Shown: positions 34,901 through 49,900 of the stretch, piece after piece | Layout: every line of letters starts with the position of its first letter | Numbering within the stretch: the stretch's first letter is position 1 | Assembly (NCBI RefSeq): GCF_000315625.1 | Contig: NW_005434668.1 | Coordinates: forward strand, 242,938-306,937 | Length of the DNA: 64,000 nucleotides | Reading direction: 5' to 3' | Source: Guillardia theta CCMP2712 | Taxonomy: Eukaryota > Protista > Cryptophyta | The notes under the pieces: generated by a model | What the model saw: the letters and a program-made list of their open reading frames with translations, nothing else | The model's database searches: none | What the model was told of the DNA's origin: nothing | Translations under genes and position numbers: made by a program

Positions 34901-37900
34901 ATTTCAGTTCCACTGGTGAATGGAATTCCTACTCTGGGAAGCTTGTTATTTCCTTGGTTTCATTGATTTCTTCGAACTCCAATGTTTCTTTCTCGTTTCA
35001 GTTGTTGAATCCTGCTTTCGATCACTCTGCAGATAATGTTTCTTTGTCGGGTACTTCGCTATTGAACGGAAGTTTGATTTGCACCTTCGATGTTCGATCA
35101 TTTGAGTTCAACTATAACTTTTATCTTGGCTTGCAATATGGTTACCTTCCTTTCTTTGTCATCACCCCCACGTTTGAGACTGTGGTGATGGTTCAGAGGT
35201 CTCCGTTTGTTGATTCAATCAATGTAGTGACAGTGTCGATCCGAGCGAACATACAAATCCCTGCTGGCTCCCAATTACAAATAAGTGGTCTCGACGGCGC
35301 TTACGCTGATTCCTCTTCCGCCCCCTTGTCTTACACAGCTGGATATCTCCCATACTCCAATGTTACCTATGCCCCGGTTGCCTCAAACTATACCGTGTCC
35401 TACAACTCTTCCAGTCTTGATTGCACCCTCTCGAACTGCTCCTGCACCGATGGTATACCTGCTGGCCCTGCCTCCTGCGGGTGTCAATGTGTTGCGGTGT
35501 GTTCGAGCGACATCTGCTCTTGCTCTCTCTCTGGGTCGCCGAGCGGTCCTGCACAGTGCGGCTGTCAGTGTGTGAGGCCCTCCTGCGGCAGCTGCAGCTG
35601 TGATGAGAACGGGAACCCTTCTGGGAATCCCCTTTGCCAGTGCGGGTGCATGGCGAACGCTACTACCGATGCAGTCGACTACTTTTCGAATGGCACAACG
35701 CAGTCATTCGGTCTGTTTACAGCGAGTGCCCTTACCTTGACTGTGGTGAAGAGTCTCTACGTCAACACCTTGTATTCTTTCAATTTCCAGTTCCATAACC
35801 CGTCTGCGCCGCAGTCAGCTCCCGCGGTGTACATATCGGTGAATGGGTCAATCACTTTTGGGTTGCAGCGGATCTACAATCAGAATCTCACGATATTTGG
35901 CGTGAGCAACGGAGGAAATGTACTGGAGATCATCCAGCCGAGCTTTGTACAAGCTCTGATGACACAAGCCACACCTGTAGCCGGAGTCTTGAACTCCTTG
36001 ACTTTGACCTTGCAGATGAACTGCAACCTTCCTGCTGGCTCTGAAGTAACGATCTCTGGACTGTATGGCGCAAGCACAGAGAACTCTTCCCTGGCCATCT
36101 CATCAAGTCCGAGTCACTTCCAGCAAGTGGGGGTGTGGAGCCGAGCGAATGGTACTCTGGTGATGACAAGCGCAGGGGCATACTCACTTACTAGTTACAC
36201 GATCATTTTCAACCTGACCAACGGGGGGATCGATCAGACATCGCCTTCGCAGTATGCAAGTGGATATGTTCAGCTAGGAATGTACGGCCAGTCTATGTTT
36301 GATTTGAACAAACTGCACGAGAGCATCCTTGGGGTGACGAATGGCTCCGATCCTTTACAACTGGTTACGCCAGTTTTTTCCTTTGGGTACATTTTCCAAA
36401 ATTCTCCTTTGCCATCTGCCTCGAATTCTATGTTTGTTAGTTTCGAAACCAACGTCAACCTTGAAAGAGGCTCAATCATTACGCTGTCGAACCTCATTTA
36501 TGCAAGCTTCGATAAAGCTTTCATTGAGATATACAACTCTACTTTTCAGCAGGATTTTCATTTTGTGGCGAATTCTACAGGGGGGTATGGCTCAGTCCAA
36601 CCCGGACTGTACAACACCATTCTTTTGACAGTCGAGACTGCAATACTTTCATTTGAACAGATACACTTTTCATTCGATATCCGAAATCCCAGTATCTCAT
36701 ACCTTGACATCCATTCAAACGAATCTGCATGTGCGGATGCCTCGAGCTGTACGTGCAGCAGCTTGTGCGGATGCAACCAATATCAGAGTTTTGATGGGCT
36801 CTTGCAATTTGCTGACATTTTTCTCCACAATGATTTGATTTGCCTCTGGAAGATTAATCTTCCAATCCCCGGGTCGCTGAATGTATATGTTGACATCAGT
36901 TTTTTAAATTTGCAGTATTCCTCTATCACGCTTTCCACTCCATTTCTGATTGTATATCAGTGCTATGATGTATCTTGCAATCAAGCAGTTATTGTCAAGT
37001 CCATTGTGCAACTTACTCCTCACATATCATTTTCGATTAGCTCTCCAACTGGATTTGTCCAAATCAAGATGCCAGGAAATTTTTCGACAACTTTGTCACT
37101 GCAATACAATATTTCGATCTCATGGAACAGTACTCTACATCCTCCCGACATCTTTGTTGAAGCTCAAGGTACTCTAAATTCTTTCCCGCCCGGCGCTCCC
37201 TTCTTTCCCAGTGTTCTACTCAACACTTCGAATCAAAACGCCCTGGGAGTTAGAAATGGGTCCCAGGCACTTTACATCATTGTTCCAGAATTTGTTGTGC
37301 GGAACATTGGCCAAAGCAATCCTCTTGCTGGAGCTTCAAACAACATCACTCTGACACTTTCTACAAACTGTGATGTACCGTTTGGTTCAAATTTGACCAT
37401 ATCTGGATTGAAGAACACTTCAACTCCGGACAATTCTGCATTTCAAATAGTAGGTGGTCAATCGATCAATTCGCTTGGATCATGGATAGCAAATACTGGC
37501 ACTGTCGCTATGTCTTTAAACAACACTGGGCTCACTTCTTATTCTATTTACACAATAAGTTTCTCTGTGCAGAATATTGACATTGCACAGGCAGGCCAGC
37601 AAATATTTGTACATGGGCAGATCGAGTCTGGGAAGTATGATTCATACTTCCTCATTGGAATTCCTGGTGTTGGAATTCCTAGCAGCCAATATACCGATCT
37701 TGGTCTGATGAATTCTTCTACTGAGCCTGTGCAAGGCGTGTATCAAGGGAGGAGCCCAATGTACGTTATCATCCCACGTTTCCTTACTGCCCTGCTGAGT
37801 CAGAGTAACCCTCTTACGTCTGCAGAAAATGTTCTATCAGCAACTCTCAAAGCAAATTGTGATATAACCTCGGGTTCGACAGTAACACTGGTTGGCCTGA

Positions 37901-40900
37901 ATACCACACAAACTTTCGATTCAGCTAACTTTACACTGTTCTTTGATGAATCGACTGCAAATATTACGGGGTCGTGGATTCAGAGCCCTGGAATTCTTGA
38001 GATCAAATTCAATTCACTTCTTACATCCGATAACTATCTCTCCTTTTCATTCCATGTTCAGAATTCACAGACTTGGCAAATGTCTCCTTCGATTTCAGTA
38101 TCTGCAACGATATTTTTTGGAGCTCATGATTCCTTCATTCATGTAGCGGACATCGAAAAGGACAATGCTACAGTATTGGAAATAGTAGGCGGAAGATTGC
38201 CTCTATTCATAATACCACCAGGTCTCAATTTGGACACAACTCTGACCTGCAGTAGGTACTTTTCTGGATTACTTGCAGACTATGGTCGAGGATACAGCGA
38301 ACCATGTATCAGCCCTTTCTCATGGCCCTCACGAGTATATGATGGTGAGGAGGTCTTGTTAGACTACTCGAAGACAAGCTCGAAATGGTTCTCCTCCTTG
38401 GTCTCTCAGACGTGGCCATTCATCAATCAATCGAACAATCTTAGTCTGAGCATTGTTCCCAACTGCACCATAGCGAATGGCTCCTGGCTCGAGTTCAGCG
38501 GATTTTTGCAAACCCAAACTTTGACCAATCTCTCCTTTCCAATCGGCGGACTTCATGCATACCTATTTTCGGATGGGACATTTCCATCATCTGCCAGGTG
38601 GTTTCAAAACAATGGTACCCTGAAGATTCAATGCATCCAAGATCTCTTTGCCAATCAGAGTTATGAGATACATTTCACGGTAACCAACCCAAGTAATGGA
38701 CAGACATCTCCCACAATTTCTGTTTCCGGGCAAATAGCTGCAGGCGCATACTTCTCTGCTTTTCAATTCCAAAATCTGTCTGCGAAGACGAGCTTGTCGT
38801 CTGTATTCTCCAATTGGTTTGGATATTCGCAAGCATATCCCATTGAACGCCCGCTTGAAATTGTAGAAATCTCTTCGAGCGCAAACATAACCCAATTCAC
38901 GCCATTGACATTTGCTGATAACGTTTTGGGTGTATCATTTGTTTTCAATCTCCTTGCTTACTCCGCTCAGAATTCGCTTGGAGTGTGGACAGGCTCGTCT
39001 GCTTACGCGTTGACGGTTCGCTTTCCTTCGCAAAGTGTCAATACACTGACGACTTACACTACAATATCGATTATGGGTCTTACTGGGACTTTGACCCGAA
39101 GCAGTGTTTCAGGCCTCAGCATTTTACAAAGCCCATCCAATTCATGGACATCAACGTTGTTCGTTCAATCCTTCGGAGTATTTCTTTTGCAGACTACCTC
39201 TGGTTCTGTGTTCTTGACAGGTCGCACTTATCAAATATCTTTTTTGGTGCAGAATTCACAAGAACCCCAAGGTAAGAACTTCGAATGCGAAAGCGTTCAA
39301 TTTCTAATTGTCTTCTCATCAGCTTCGCCTCAAATCAACATGTATGCCAATTTGAATTTCGGGACATTTGTTTCAAGTTCAAGATCCGTTCCAGTCAAAT
39401 CCACAAACACAAGTCTGCAAGGCGTGCCATATGCTTCAGCGGCATTGTTTATCACACAGCCTTACATCAGCTTTAGCGCCATTGAACAAAGCGATCCTCT
39501 TGCTGGAGCCTTGAACAAGATATCGGTATGATGGCGCAAGCATATATGATACTTTAGTTCGTAATCCTATGTTTTTGCTTAGGTTAACATCTCGATGTCT
39601 TGTGACCTTGCGCCTGGATCTTCTCTCACAATTTCTGGAATCACTGGTTCAGCGACTTTGACAGTTGGTATTCTTCTATGACCTGACCCTGGCTCAGTCT
39701 GACTTTCATTGGACAGGATCTGGTTTTGAACTTGGGGGTCCCAATTCCTCTCTCTTTGTGGATTCTCAGAATCAAATCGGAAGAGCAGGGTGGGATCAGG
39801 TTACCGGCAGTCTCATTCTTCTTCTTGATCCTTACGGGAACACAGTAGCTTCCGAATCAGTTCTCAGAATCTTTTTCTATCTGACAAATTCACTCACACC
39901 TCAGATTTCACCTTCCATAGCTGTACGAGTGTTTATTCGTTCAGGGACGGTATCCGGCTTTTCCTTTACACACTTTTCCAGCATTCCTTCAACACAGCTC
40001 AATCCTGTGAATGTCTCTAAAATAGGTATCCTTGCGGGATCTCTGCCAGTGTACATTGTTGCAGCCACTACTGTTCTATCTCAGATTGTTCAGAGCAACC
40101 CGCTTGCAAACGCTGACAACACGCTGTCGGTCACGCTCAGGACGAATTGTGACCTTCAAGCCGCCAGCACCATCACGATCTCAGGGCTTGTCAACAGTCA
40201 GTCAGCAGATAGCGCTTGCTTGTCCTTGTATGGACCTAGTGCCTCACTGCTGTCCAACGGTACCCAAGCCTCATGCGGCATCTGGAACCAAGCTCAAGGG
40301 TCTCTGCGGCTTACTCTACTCAACGGTACTCTCAACTCGGAGTCAATAATTTTCTCTTTCAGCCTCGTGAACCCTTCCTCAGCGCAGGCCCCTCCGGACA
40401 TCTTTGTGTCAGGCTCGGTCGCAGGAGAAGGCAGCAGTGTTGCTCCCTTGTCGCAGGTGCTTATGACAACCTCCAACAGCAGCCGTCTCGGTGTGTCCCA
40501 GGGCGCTGGTGCTTTCAGGACGGTGCTCGCCTACTTCCAGGAGGCAGTGGTGGTACAGAGCAGCCCGCTTGCAAACGCTGACAACACGCTGTCGGTCACG
40601 CTCAGGACGAATTGTGACCTTCAAGCCGCCAGCACCATCACGATCTCAGGGCTTGTCAACAGTCAGTCAGCAGATAGCGCTTGCTTGTCCTTGTATGGAC
40701 CTAGTGCCTCACTGCTGTCCAACGGTACCCAAGCCTCATGCGGCATCTGGAACCAAGCTCAAGGGTCTCTGCGGCTTACTCTACTCAACGGTACTCTCAA
40801 CTCGGAGTCAATAATTTTCTCTTTCAGCCTCGTGAACCCTTCCTCAGCGCAGGCCCCTCCGGACATCTTTGTGTCAGGCTCGGTCGCAGGAGAAGGCAGC

Positions 40901-43900
40901 AGTGTTGCTCCCTTGTCGCAGGTGCTTATGACAACCTCCAACAGCAGCCGTCTCGGTGTGTCCCAGGGCGCTGGTGCTTTCAGGACGGTGCTCGCCTACT
41001 TCCAGGAGGCAGTGGTGGTACAGAGCAGCCCGCTTGCAAACGCTGACAACACGCTGTCGGTCACGCTCAGGACGAATTGTGACCTTCAAGCCGCCAGCAC
41101 CATCACGATCTCAGGGCTTGTCAACAGTCAGTCAGCAGATAGCGCTTGCTTGTCCTTGTATGGACCTAGTGCCTCACTGCTGTCCAACGGTACCCAAGCC
41201 TCATGCGGCATCTGGAACCAAGCTCAAGGGTCTCTGCGGCTTACTCTACTCAACGGTACTCTCAACTCGGAGTCAATAATTTTCTCTTTCAGCCTCGTGA
41301 ACCCTTCCTCAGCGCAGGCCCCTCCGGACATCTTTGTGTCAGGCTCGGTCGCAGGAGAAGGGATTTATGTGGCTCTCATCAAGACTTCGCTTCTTCTGCC
41401 GTCAAATTTCTCGCTTTCTGGATTGAATGAGAATCAAGCTCCCTTCTTCATCTTGATTGTGAGATTGAAAAACCTGAGCGCATTTCAAGAGAATCCTTTT
41501 GTGGGGCGATTGAATACATTTCATTTTTCTTTTGAGCCCAGCCTTCCATTGCTAGAGAACACGTCTCTGAAGATTACCGGGATGAATTTAGGATCTTTGA
41601 AGAGTGAATCGTCTTCTAACTTGACGATCTCTGCTTTCAATAGCACGAATGCTGTCGCTCAAGTTACAGCACTTTACAGCCAAGCTGATTCAACCATTTC
41701 GTGGGAACTTGTCGAGACATGGTATGTGGATTTGTACCATTTTACCTTTCAAGCCTACAATCCAAATTCTCCTCAACAATCGCCTAACATTAGTATGTGC
41801 GTGAAAAACGTTGTTTTTGTATGTTACAGCGTCACCAAGAAACTAAATGATGTTTTGGGTGTGACAACTGGTGCTCAGCCTCTGTATGTCGTTCAACCAT
41901 TTCAAGTTCGGCAAATTTATGGGTCAAGCAATTTAGCCGGAGGGCTCAATAATATCAGCGTTATGCTTCAAACCAAGATCAACTTTGCAGTACAGGACTC
42001 AATCTACATCTCCGGACTTTATGGAGCTGGAATTGTCACCACTGAAACGATTCCGATCTTCGATGAGGCAAACTCTGGCTCGACTTCTGCATTCGGAAAC
42101 AGTGCTGTCTATGATGGAACCACAGGCACACTTCGACTTATTGTCAACCATCTTATGGATGGAAATCATCTGTACTCCTTCTATTTTCAATTGAAAAATC
42201 CGTTATTTCTTCAACAAACTCATTTGACAATCTATGCTGTGTCAAGTGTAGCCAACGTTTCATCACTGACAATGAGTTTTTCCAACGCAACTGCACCTTT
42301 ATCTGTCTATGGCATACCGACATTCCATTCTCTTTCATTTGGAAATCCGAGAGCTGGTGCAAAGAGCAATATCACGATGGAGTTTACAGTTGGAATCGAA
42401 ATTGAATATGGATCATACATTTATTTCTCACTTCCATTCACAGCAAACCAGCATGTGTATTATCCAGTGTACATCAAAGCTAATGCCAATAGCCTTAATG
42501 TTACTGAGATTCTCTGGATCTCAGAGTCATCAAAAAGTTATCTAAGATTTGAATTAGGTCTGAATACTCCGTTCCCTTCCTCTGTAACACAATCGATTAC
42601 ACTGGAGTCGAACTTTTGGATCCCTGCATCCGGCATTCCCGCGAACAATTCTGATTTCAAGATGTTTATTTTCTCTCAGTCAACGACCCCGTTTCCTGTT
42701 TCAATCTCTCCATTCGTTGCACCTCTCTTCGAAGCGCTTTACGTCAATGCATTGTCTTTTGCCGTTCAGGCTTATGTCCCACAATTCAGCGAAAATCAAT
42801 TGACTTTGAAATCTGTCACTGAAATCGCGTCCACTAGTGACGAAATCCAGCTGGTCACTGAGTATTTAGCTTGTTCGACTGCTGCGTCACTGCAATCGTT
42901 GGCAATAGATTCGAACTTGTCATTTCACTTGGATTCAAGTTCCATGTTGACCGGAAATTATAGACTTTGTTATAGGAATCGATTTCAAAACTCAACAGGT
43001 ATTTCTACATTTTTTGTTGTGTCCATTTCTCAAGAATTTGTTTTTTCCAGATTTATTTACGGATACAGGACTTCTCGTATACATTCAAGGCATCATATCT
43101 AGTCTCTCCTTCTCCAACAGCACTTCTTTTGTTGAGGCCTTTGCTCCGAGAAATTCATTCACGGTAACCATCAACTCTGGTGCAGTTGTGAAAGTTGAAA
43201 ATCATTTTGTGACGCTGGTGCATGCGAATTATACCTGCCAAGACACTCCTCTACTGGTCCAAGGCGCTCTTTTCCCAGGGTTTAGCGTTGTGTCCTCATC
43301 GCTCTCAGCATACTTCGACTGGAAAGGTTGCAGTCCTCAAGGCACCCCTAAGATTTTCTCCGGAGCATGCCCGATCGAAGGGTTCTACCGTCTTTGCTTT
43401 TCAAGTAACTCTATCTCTACGAATGAGACGGGAATTTCTGTTCGAATCACTCAAATGCAGTTGAGTCTGAAGCCTAATTCCTCCATCATCAGCAATGTCG
43501 ATGGAAAATTTTTTCCACAGATTTCAATTCTTGTGGGAAGTAGCTTCCAGTCGTGTTGTTTTGATACCTTGGTATATGTCACTTTGATTAAGGATGGTCA
43601 AACAGATTTGGGGACTTTTTTGTATGGCAATTACAATTCAAACGAAGATGTCTTCAAGACTCTTTCATGCAACCAAATTTGTTTGTTTCCATCCATCAAT
43701 GTACAGCATACTGGGGGCAACGGTTTCCAGCTTTTGTTCAGTACCCCTGGAGCTACTGTAATTTCCAATGAATTTTCAATTTATCCCAAGGGACTAGCAA
43801 TTCTCACTGCAATACCTTCTCAATTGATAGTGCAGAGCAACCAGACTGTGTTGCTGCCTGATCCATTGGTCGTGTCAATGCAAGGCCTGCAGGAGAATAT

Positions 43901-46900
43901 TAGCAGCTCAGGCAGTTTTGATGGGTTGCACTTGGTTGTAAAGCTTGTGACAGGACAAAATGGTACAGACTCGAATTCAAACAACTCACTGGCGGAAGTC
44001 ATTTATCCGGATGATATGTTGCCCACATCAGCCAGAGTGAACGGTACCTTGATTCAGAACGGATTAGCGATCTTCAATGGAAGTTTGTCCTTGAAAATTC
44101 AGCATCAAGCGGGAAAATATTTTCGACTGCTCTTTCTAATCCGTGAATATCCCAACATTTCTGCCTTCTCAAACTCATTTTCTATTGTCCCTGCAAAACT
44201 CGGAATATCGATAGGTTCAAACTTTTCGAAAATTGCAGCGGACTCTTTGCTTTCGGTTGTAAAACTTGATGGCACAAGCAATGACACATTCAATGTCAAT
44301 GGGCTGCCTTCAAGCCTGCATGTGAGCTTGTTGGATAGTGAAGATCAAACGATCCAACATGCGTCTTGCTCAGCTTGTGTCATTGCACGACTGATGAAAT
44401 GTGATAATAGCACCCCCTTCTCGACGGCCAACGATTTCTCTGGAAGTTTGCCGCAGTGTCAAATATCCCTGACGGACTCTGAGCCTGATCAAGTTCTTGG
44501 AGCAGCTCAAGCCAAATGTGCTACCTCGAATTCTCAGAAAAATGCTTGTGTGAGCGCAAGTGAGAGCTCTGAACAGTTCCAATACACCTTGTCCAACTCA
44601 TTAGGACACATCAATGGAACCGTCTCGAGTGTCTCTCAAGGTATTGCCAGTTTTTATGACCTCCAGGTCCATTTTGTTGTTGGCGCTGGCTATATCTTGC
44701 GCTTTGTTTTCAGTCCAACCACTGAAAGTGCGAATTCCTTTAATGTTAGGTCAAGCTTTGCAGCTGAATATGGCAACGTCCTCCTCCCTGATCCCAGATT
44801 CTCTCCAAATTCTAACTTCTTCATCAGACCATATAAGATGGTTATGATTCAACAACCGGGCGGTGACGGAGTCGATGTTGGATTGGAAGGTGGAGATGGT
44901 ATACAAGGCACTCCTGATGGGGTAGGGAACAATCATGTCTTTCGTGTGCAACCAGCCGTGGCCATCAGTGGAGATGGGTACTTGTTCAGTGTCGCTTGGA
45001 ACACTCACGGCTATACCCCTCTCGTTGCAGTGATTAAGGATTCCTCTTGTGGGGGAAGTTGCAGTTTGTTTGGGCTTGTACTATCTGGAAATGTGACTCC
45101 GGTTTCAACTTTCCACTCGCAGTATCGATCGATGCCTTCCTCGCAAGGCAACAGGACGGCTTATTTCGGCGGATTTCCAGCTGCGTCATCGACGGTGTCA
45201 TTTGGTTTCAATCACGTGTGGTCGGTAACAGTCAATGATACGGCATTTGATTACAATATCAGTATTTCAGCTGTTGCCTTCACCTTTGTTGACCTTAAAA
45301 TTGCTACCATGAACTCTATGCTTGGAGTGGAAAATGTTCAACTATCTTTTCTATGTGGTATCAACACCGAAGTTGTTTCCGCAGCAGACAACGGAAATGG
45401 AGGGCTTTTTACGATTGTTGATTCCACGTTCTTTGACATTTTCTCAAATCCTTATCCTCCAACCAATGTCAAGTTTGTAAATTATGATTCCAATTCATTC
45501 AGATTAGAGTTTGATCCGCCTGTAATTTTGAGACAAAATCCTTTGTCTGGATTTATTATCGAGGTTATTTTGTGCAATCAGTCTCAGCCTGGACTCTTGA
45601 ATCTCCAGGATTTCAATGGATCTTGTCCCAAAGCAAAAGATGTATACTCAGAAGCATTTCCTCTGGCTACAGAGCTTGGCACCGACTATTTTGATGGCGG
45701 TGGATTTTCCATACAGGTTTTCATGTCATACGACAATGTATCAATAGGATCAAGGACTTCAATCAAGATCGATTTCATTCCAGATCGAAGCATTCATCCA
45801 GGAGACAAAATAAAGATAGATCTCGGCCTTTTTGGATCTCTCAATGACAATGTATCTGCTCAATTTGAGGTCTCCAGCGAGGGGTCAGGCTTATTTGTGA
45901 CCGTTTTCAACCAAACGTCCTCAACAATGACCTTAACCGTCCCAGACTCGTTGTTGTTGGTCGAGTCGATTCCTGTCTCGTTGGTTGTTCCTTCCTTTGC
46001 AGGATTTGTGATTCCGGACGCAAACGTGTCGAGCTGGTATCCGCCCAGAAAAGTGGTGGGACAAGTGATAGGATCCCAGAATAGTGGAAGGTTTGATAAC
46101 TGCAAAGGGAATGGGTGTGTTGCAGTATCTTCTTCTTTCCTGCCCATCCTGCAAGACTCCAACTCCATGGACTTGACTTGGTCGGGCCCGTTGCAGTATG
46201 GAGGTGTAGGGACTGTCTGCTCAGAATCAGTGGATTTGCTGGGGTCAGGTCAGTTCCCAACCAATGACATATGCTCAATTTTTGAAGCCTCCGCGCAACG
46301 AATTCCATCTGGAATTGTCGGAGATAGCGGTCAAAATGGTGCGCCTGTTGGAGATTATGGAGGTTCCTCGCACACCAACACTATATTTCAGACTAGCACC
46401 GCAGACTGCTTGAGCACGCAAAGACCAACAAAACTGTGTGCGCTGAGTGTCGGCATGGGACCGATGCAAACCATAGAAATACAGTACCAAAAATCGTCAA
46501 ACCTATCAAACTCTTCACTTGTAGAGTTAAAATTGGTACCATCAGTCTCGCTTGGAACCACAGATACTCTCAAGGTTCCCCTTAATGGTCTCTTGGATGG
46601 CCAGATCTTGTTGGAAACGATCAACTTCGACGTGTATGTAGATGACCATTTGGTCGGATACTGGAAATCCTCATACAGTTCGGCTGGCGAGCTTATCATC
46701 AAAGTCAATGATAATGTCTTTGCTCATCAAAGTGTCGTCATGGTGACATACACATCCAGACTCATCTCGTCGCAGTCAACAAACATTTCCACAGTACTGC
46801 CCTGTTACCTCTCATTTGATTCGAATCGCACGACTCTTCTCTTCAAGGATGGATCAGTCGCAAGTAGCTTGACTCAGCGTTATGGCATTCCTGTTGCCGA

Positions 46901-49900
46901 TTATTCACAGTCGGGTCAGCTCGATCTGCAATCAGGAAAGATTTATAAATTACGTGTAACTGCCTTCAATGGGCGGTTCAGAAGCAGTGCTGTTGAGGTT
47001 GACTCAAGTGCAAGAGCAATTAATATTCCAGCATCTCCAACAATATTTTCTTCGGTCAGTCAGGACACTTTGAATGTCTCCGTGAAATTTTCTTCTCAAA
47101 TCCCATTGCAACCAACTCAAATCAGCATAAGCTTTTCTCCATCGTTTGATTTGCCTCCAGCATCTTGGATAAGTCTAAAGTTAAATCAATTCAAAAGCGC
47201 AGATGGAAGCGCCTTGTCCTTTTGTAATAGGAATGATTGTCTGCATAAACTTTACGCGGATATAAACTATACAACATTTAGCAACGAGATCAGCTCTGCA
47301 ATTTTCAACTCCTTCTCCGAAGAATTGATTTTATTTACCAATCCCAACTTTTCTTTGTTATTTGGGTCTCAAATACAGGTTGTCATCTCTGATCAATCAG
47401 GAATTCTTTATCCAAGTTTCAACAATCTTGTCTTTGACGCTACAACATCCAGGTATCTTGTATTGGCTTCATTGTCTTCATTCAAGTTGCAGTGGGTTTC
47501 ACAGTTTCCTTTTGCGGATACGCCCAGGAAGGGATTTCTGCTGCAAATGTCGTCAGATCAGTACTGGAGATATGACATCCAAACTGTTAGCATCCCAGAT
47601 GACCTCAGCCAATTCCCTGGAGTTGGGAATAGTCTGTTCTGGCTAGATGCAGATTTGTCTTCAACTTCGACAATGTTGAAGACGACTTTGAATATTCCTG
47701 CATTGCTTGATAGATATGTCAGAATTGAGAGCGAAATAATGAGAATCAAGAACATTACTGTTGAGGGATGGGTTGTTGAACGTGGAGTGTTGAACACAAA
47801 AGCTGCAAATCACAGCTCTGTCCTGGGAGGTGGTACCTGTAGTTGCTTCACAAATGGGACTCACAGTGGAATCCCTGGGGCAGGTTACGATGCTTGTGTA
47901 TGCCAAGCTGTGAAATTGATTCAAATATTGGCAACGGACTTTGAAAAACCATCGTCTGGTGTAGTCATTCAGAAAGGATGGGGATCAGGTTGCGATTTAA
48001 AGTCATCTTCTCTGAATTCTTGGTGCAATCCCCTTGGAAAGTCATTCACGGAAGACATCAGGACTTATCAAAGTGCCCAACTCCTCAGTGGCTTCACAAA
48101 TCTGGTCACGTTCATCTCACCTTGCAGTGGGTCAGCACATTACGATCAGTGTGACCTTGGCTTGAGCGCATGCACGTGTCAAGCCCCTTTCGTTGGAAGC
48201 CTGGACTACTTGCAACTTCTTCGCAAGTATCAGGACATCAAGATAAATCCTTCCGGGTACCCACTAGACTATCCTTCCATTCAGATAGGAAATTTGATTT
48301 TTGCGGTCTCGTCTGCAGATCAGAATTATATTTTCCTGAATCAATCTGTATCAACTTATTTAAGTTACGTCAAAATTGATCAAGAGGTTATGCTGGTAAG
48401 TTCCATCTCATCGTCGATTTTCAATATTCAGATCGTAGCCCCTGGATCTGGTTGTTTGCAACCTAACGGGACCCTTGTCGTCTTGAATCAACAATCAAAT
48501 GACTTCTTTGCGCAGTATTTCACAACTGCAGGTCAAATATCTTCAATTCACATAATTCACCCTGGGTATAACTTCAACACACGGCCAGATATAGGAACGT
48601 CCGACCCAAGTTGTTCGAGTTATGCTCTGAGGGCAGTATTGCTTAACAATGTATTGGAATGTAATAGAGGTCAGCTAGGCACCGTGGGTGCCGTACATGC
48701 AAACGGATCAAACGTCTTCTTCGTCTTCTCTGTGTTTCGCCAGTCTTTACAATATTTCTTTAGAATCGCAGCTTACAACAGTGCTGGCATCAGCAACTAT
48801 CTTTACTTTGACTTCCAAGTCCTTTCAATTTCTCCCACAGTTTTAAGCACGACTGGAGGAATAATGTACATTGAAATGTTAGGTGGTGGATTCACTGCCA
48901 CAGGGTTGACCATCTGGATTGGCTCTTTGGCTACTGCAAACAGTATTGATCTGTCAAAATCTAAAATGTGCAACAATGTTGTCACTTTGGACGACGCAGG
49001 AACTAAAGTCACTTGTACCTATCGCCCATGGGTTGGGAGAAAGCATTTGGTTATAGCAATTTATGAGAGTGGAATGATTTCACGAATATCAGCTGGTAAA
49101 AGTTCGATTTCGTTTCAGGCACCAGTTATAACACAAATAGTGCCATCATACGTTGAACCGTTTACTTCCCTTACTTTGACAGTGATTGGAAACAGCTTCG
49201 GTCCAAACGCTTCCGATGTTGCCGGAGCGCTGATTCTCAACGATGGAAGCTCATTGCCTTGCAACCCGATTACACTGGTTTCAAATTCTTTGCTGTACTG
49301 CAAAGTTTCAAGTAGCAGGAATGTGTCTCAAGATTCATACGTGCGACTCACAGTTGGATCTATCTGGAGTGGTGGCGGGCAAGTGACTGCCAAGTCACAA
49401 GCAGCCGGCCTGGCCATAATCGGCCCTCCTTCCCAACTGACCGTGAATTTACAACTTGACTTCAATGCAAGTGTGTCGAAATACGGTCTGGCAGTCTTAG
49501 TCAAGCAGCTTGAAGTTGAGTTTGCTCACTTGGTCGGGATACCTGTTACAAGAGTGAGAGTAGTTTCAATCAGACCCGGCAGCATAATCGTGACCTACGA
49601 GATATCATGGGGGTCACCAACGACGACGCTTGCTTCCCCAGCTGCTGTCATCCAACAGTTCATCAATATCCTTCAAAATCAGCCTCAGGCTGGAGGCAGC
49701 TTTTTGAATTCAGCAAATTCAAGCAATATCGTCACATCAGACCCTACTCTGTTGAATCAGTTAAGCAATGCAGCAGCATCCTCCCAGGTGACAACATATT
49801 TGCAGATATGTGCGATCAGCAATGTTATCCTCGACTATCAAGAGTGCTATCTTTGCTGCATATCAACATGTCCAGTCTCACCTTTGCCTGTTCCGTTTAA

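Noticed and set aside
42999-43102. Programmed frameshift between overlapping ORFs 39665-43102 and 43014-49976
   Set aside because: A 52-nt GT-AG intron (42999-43050) joins the frames exactly.
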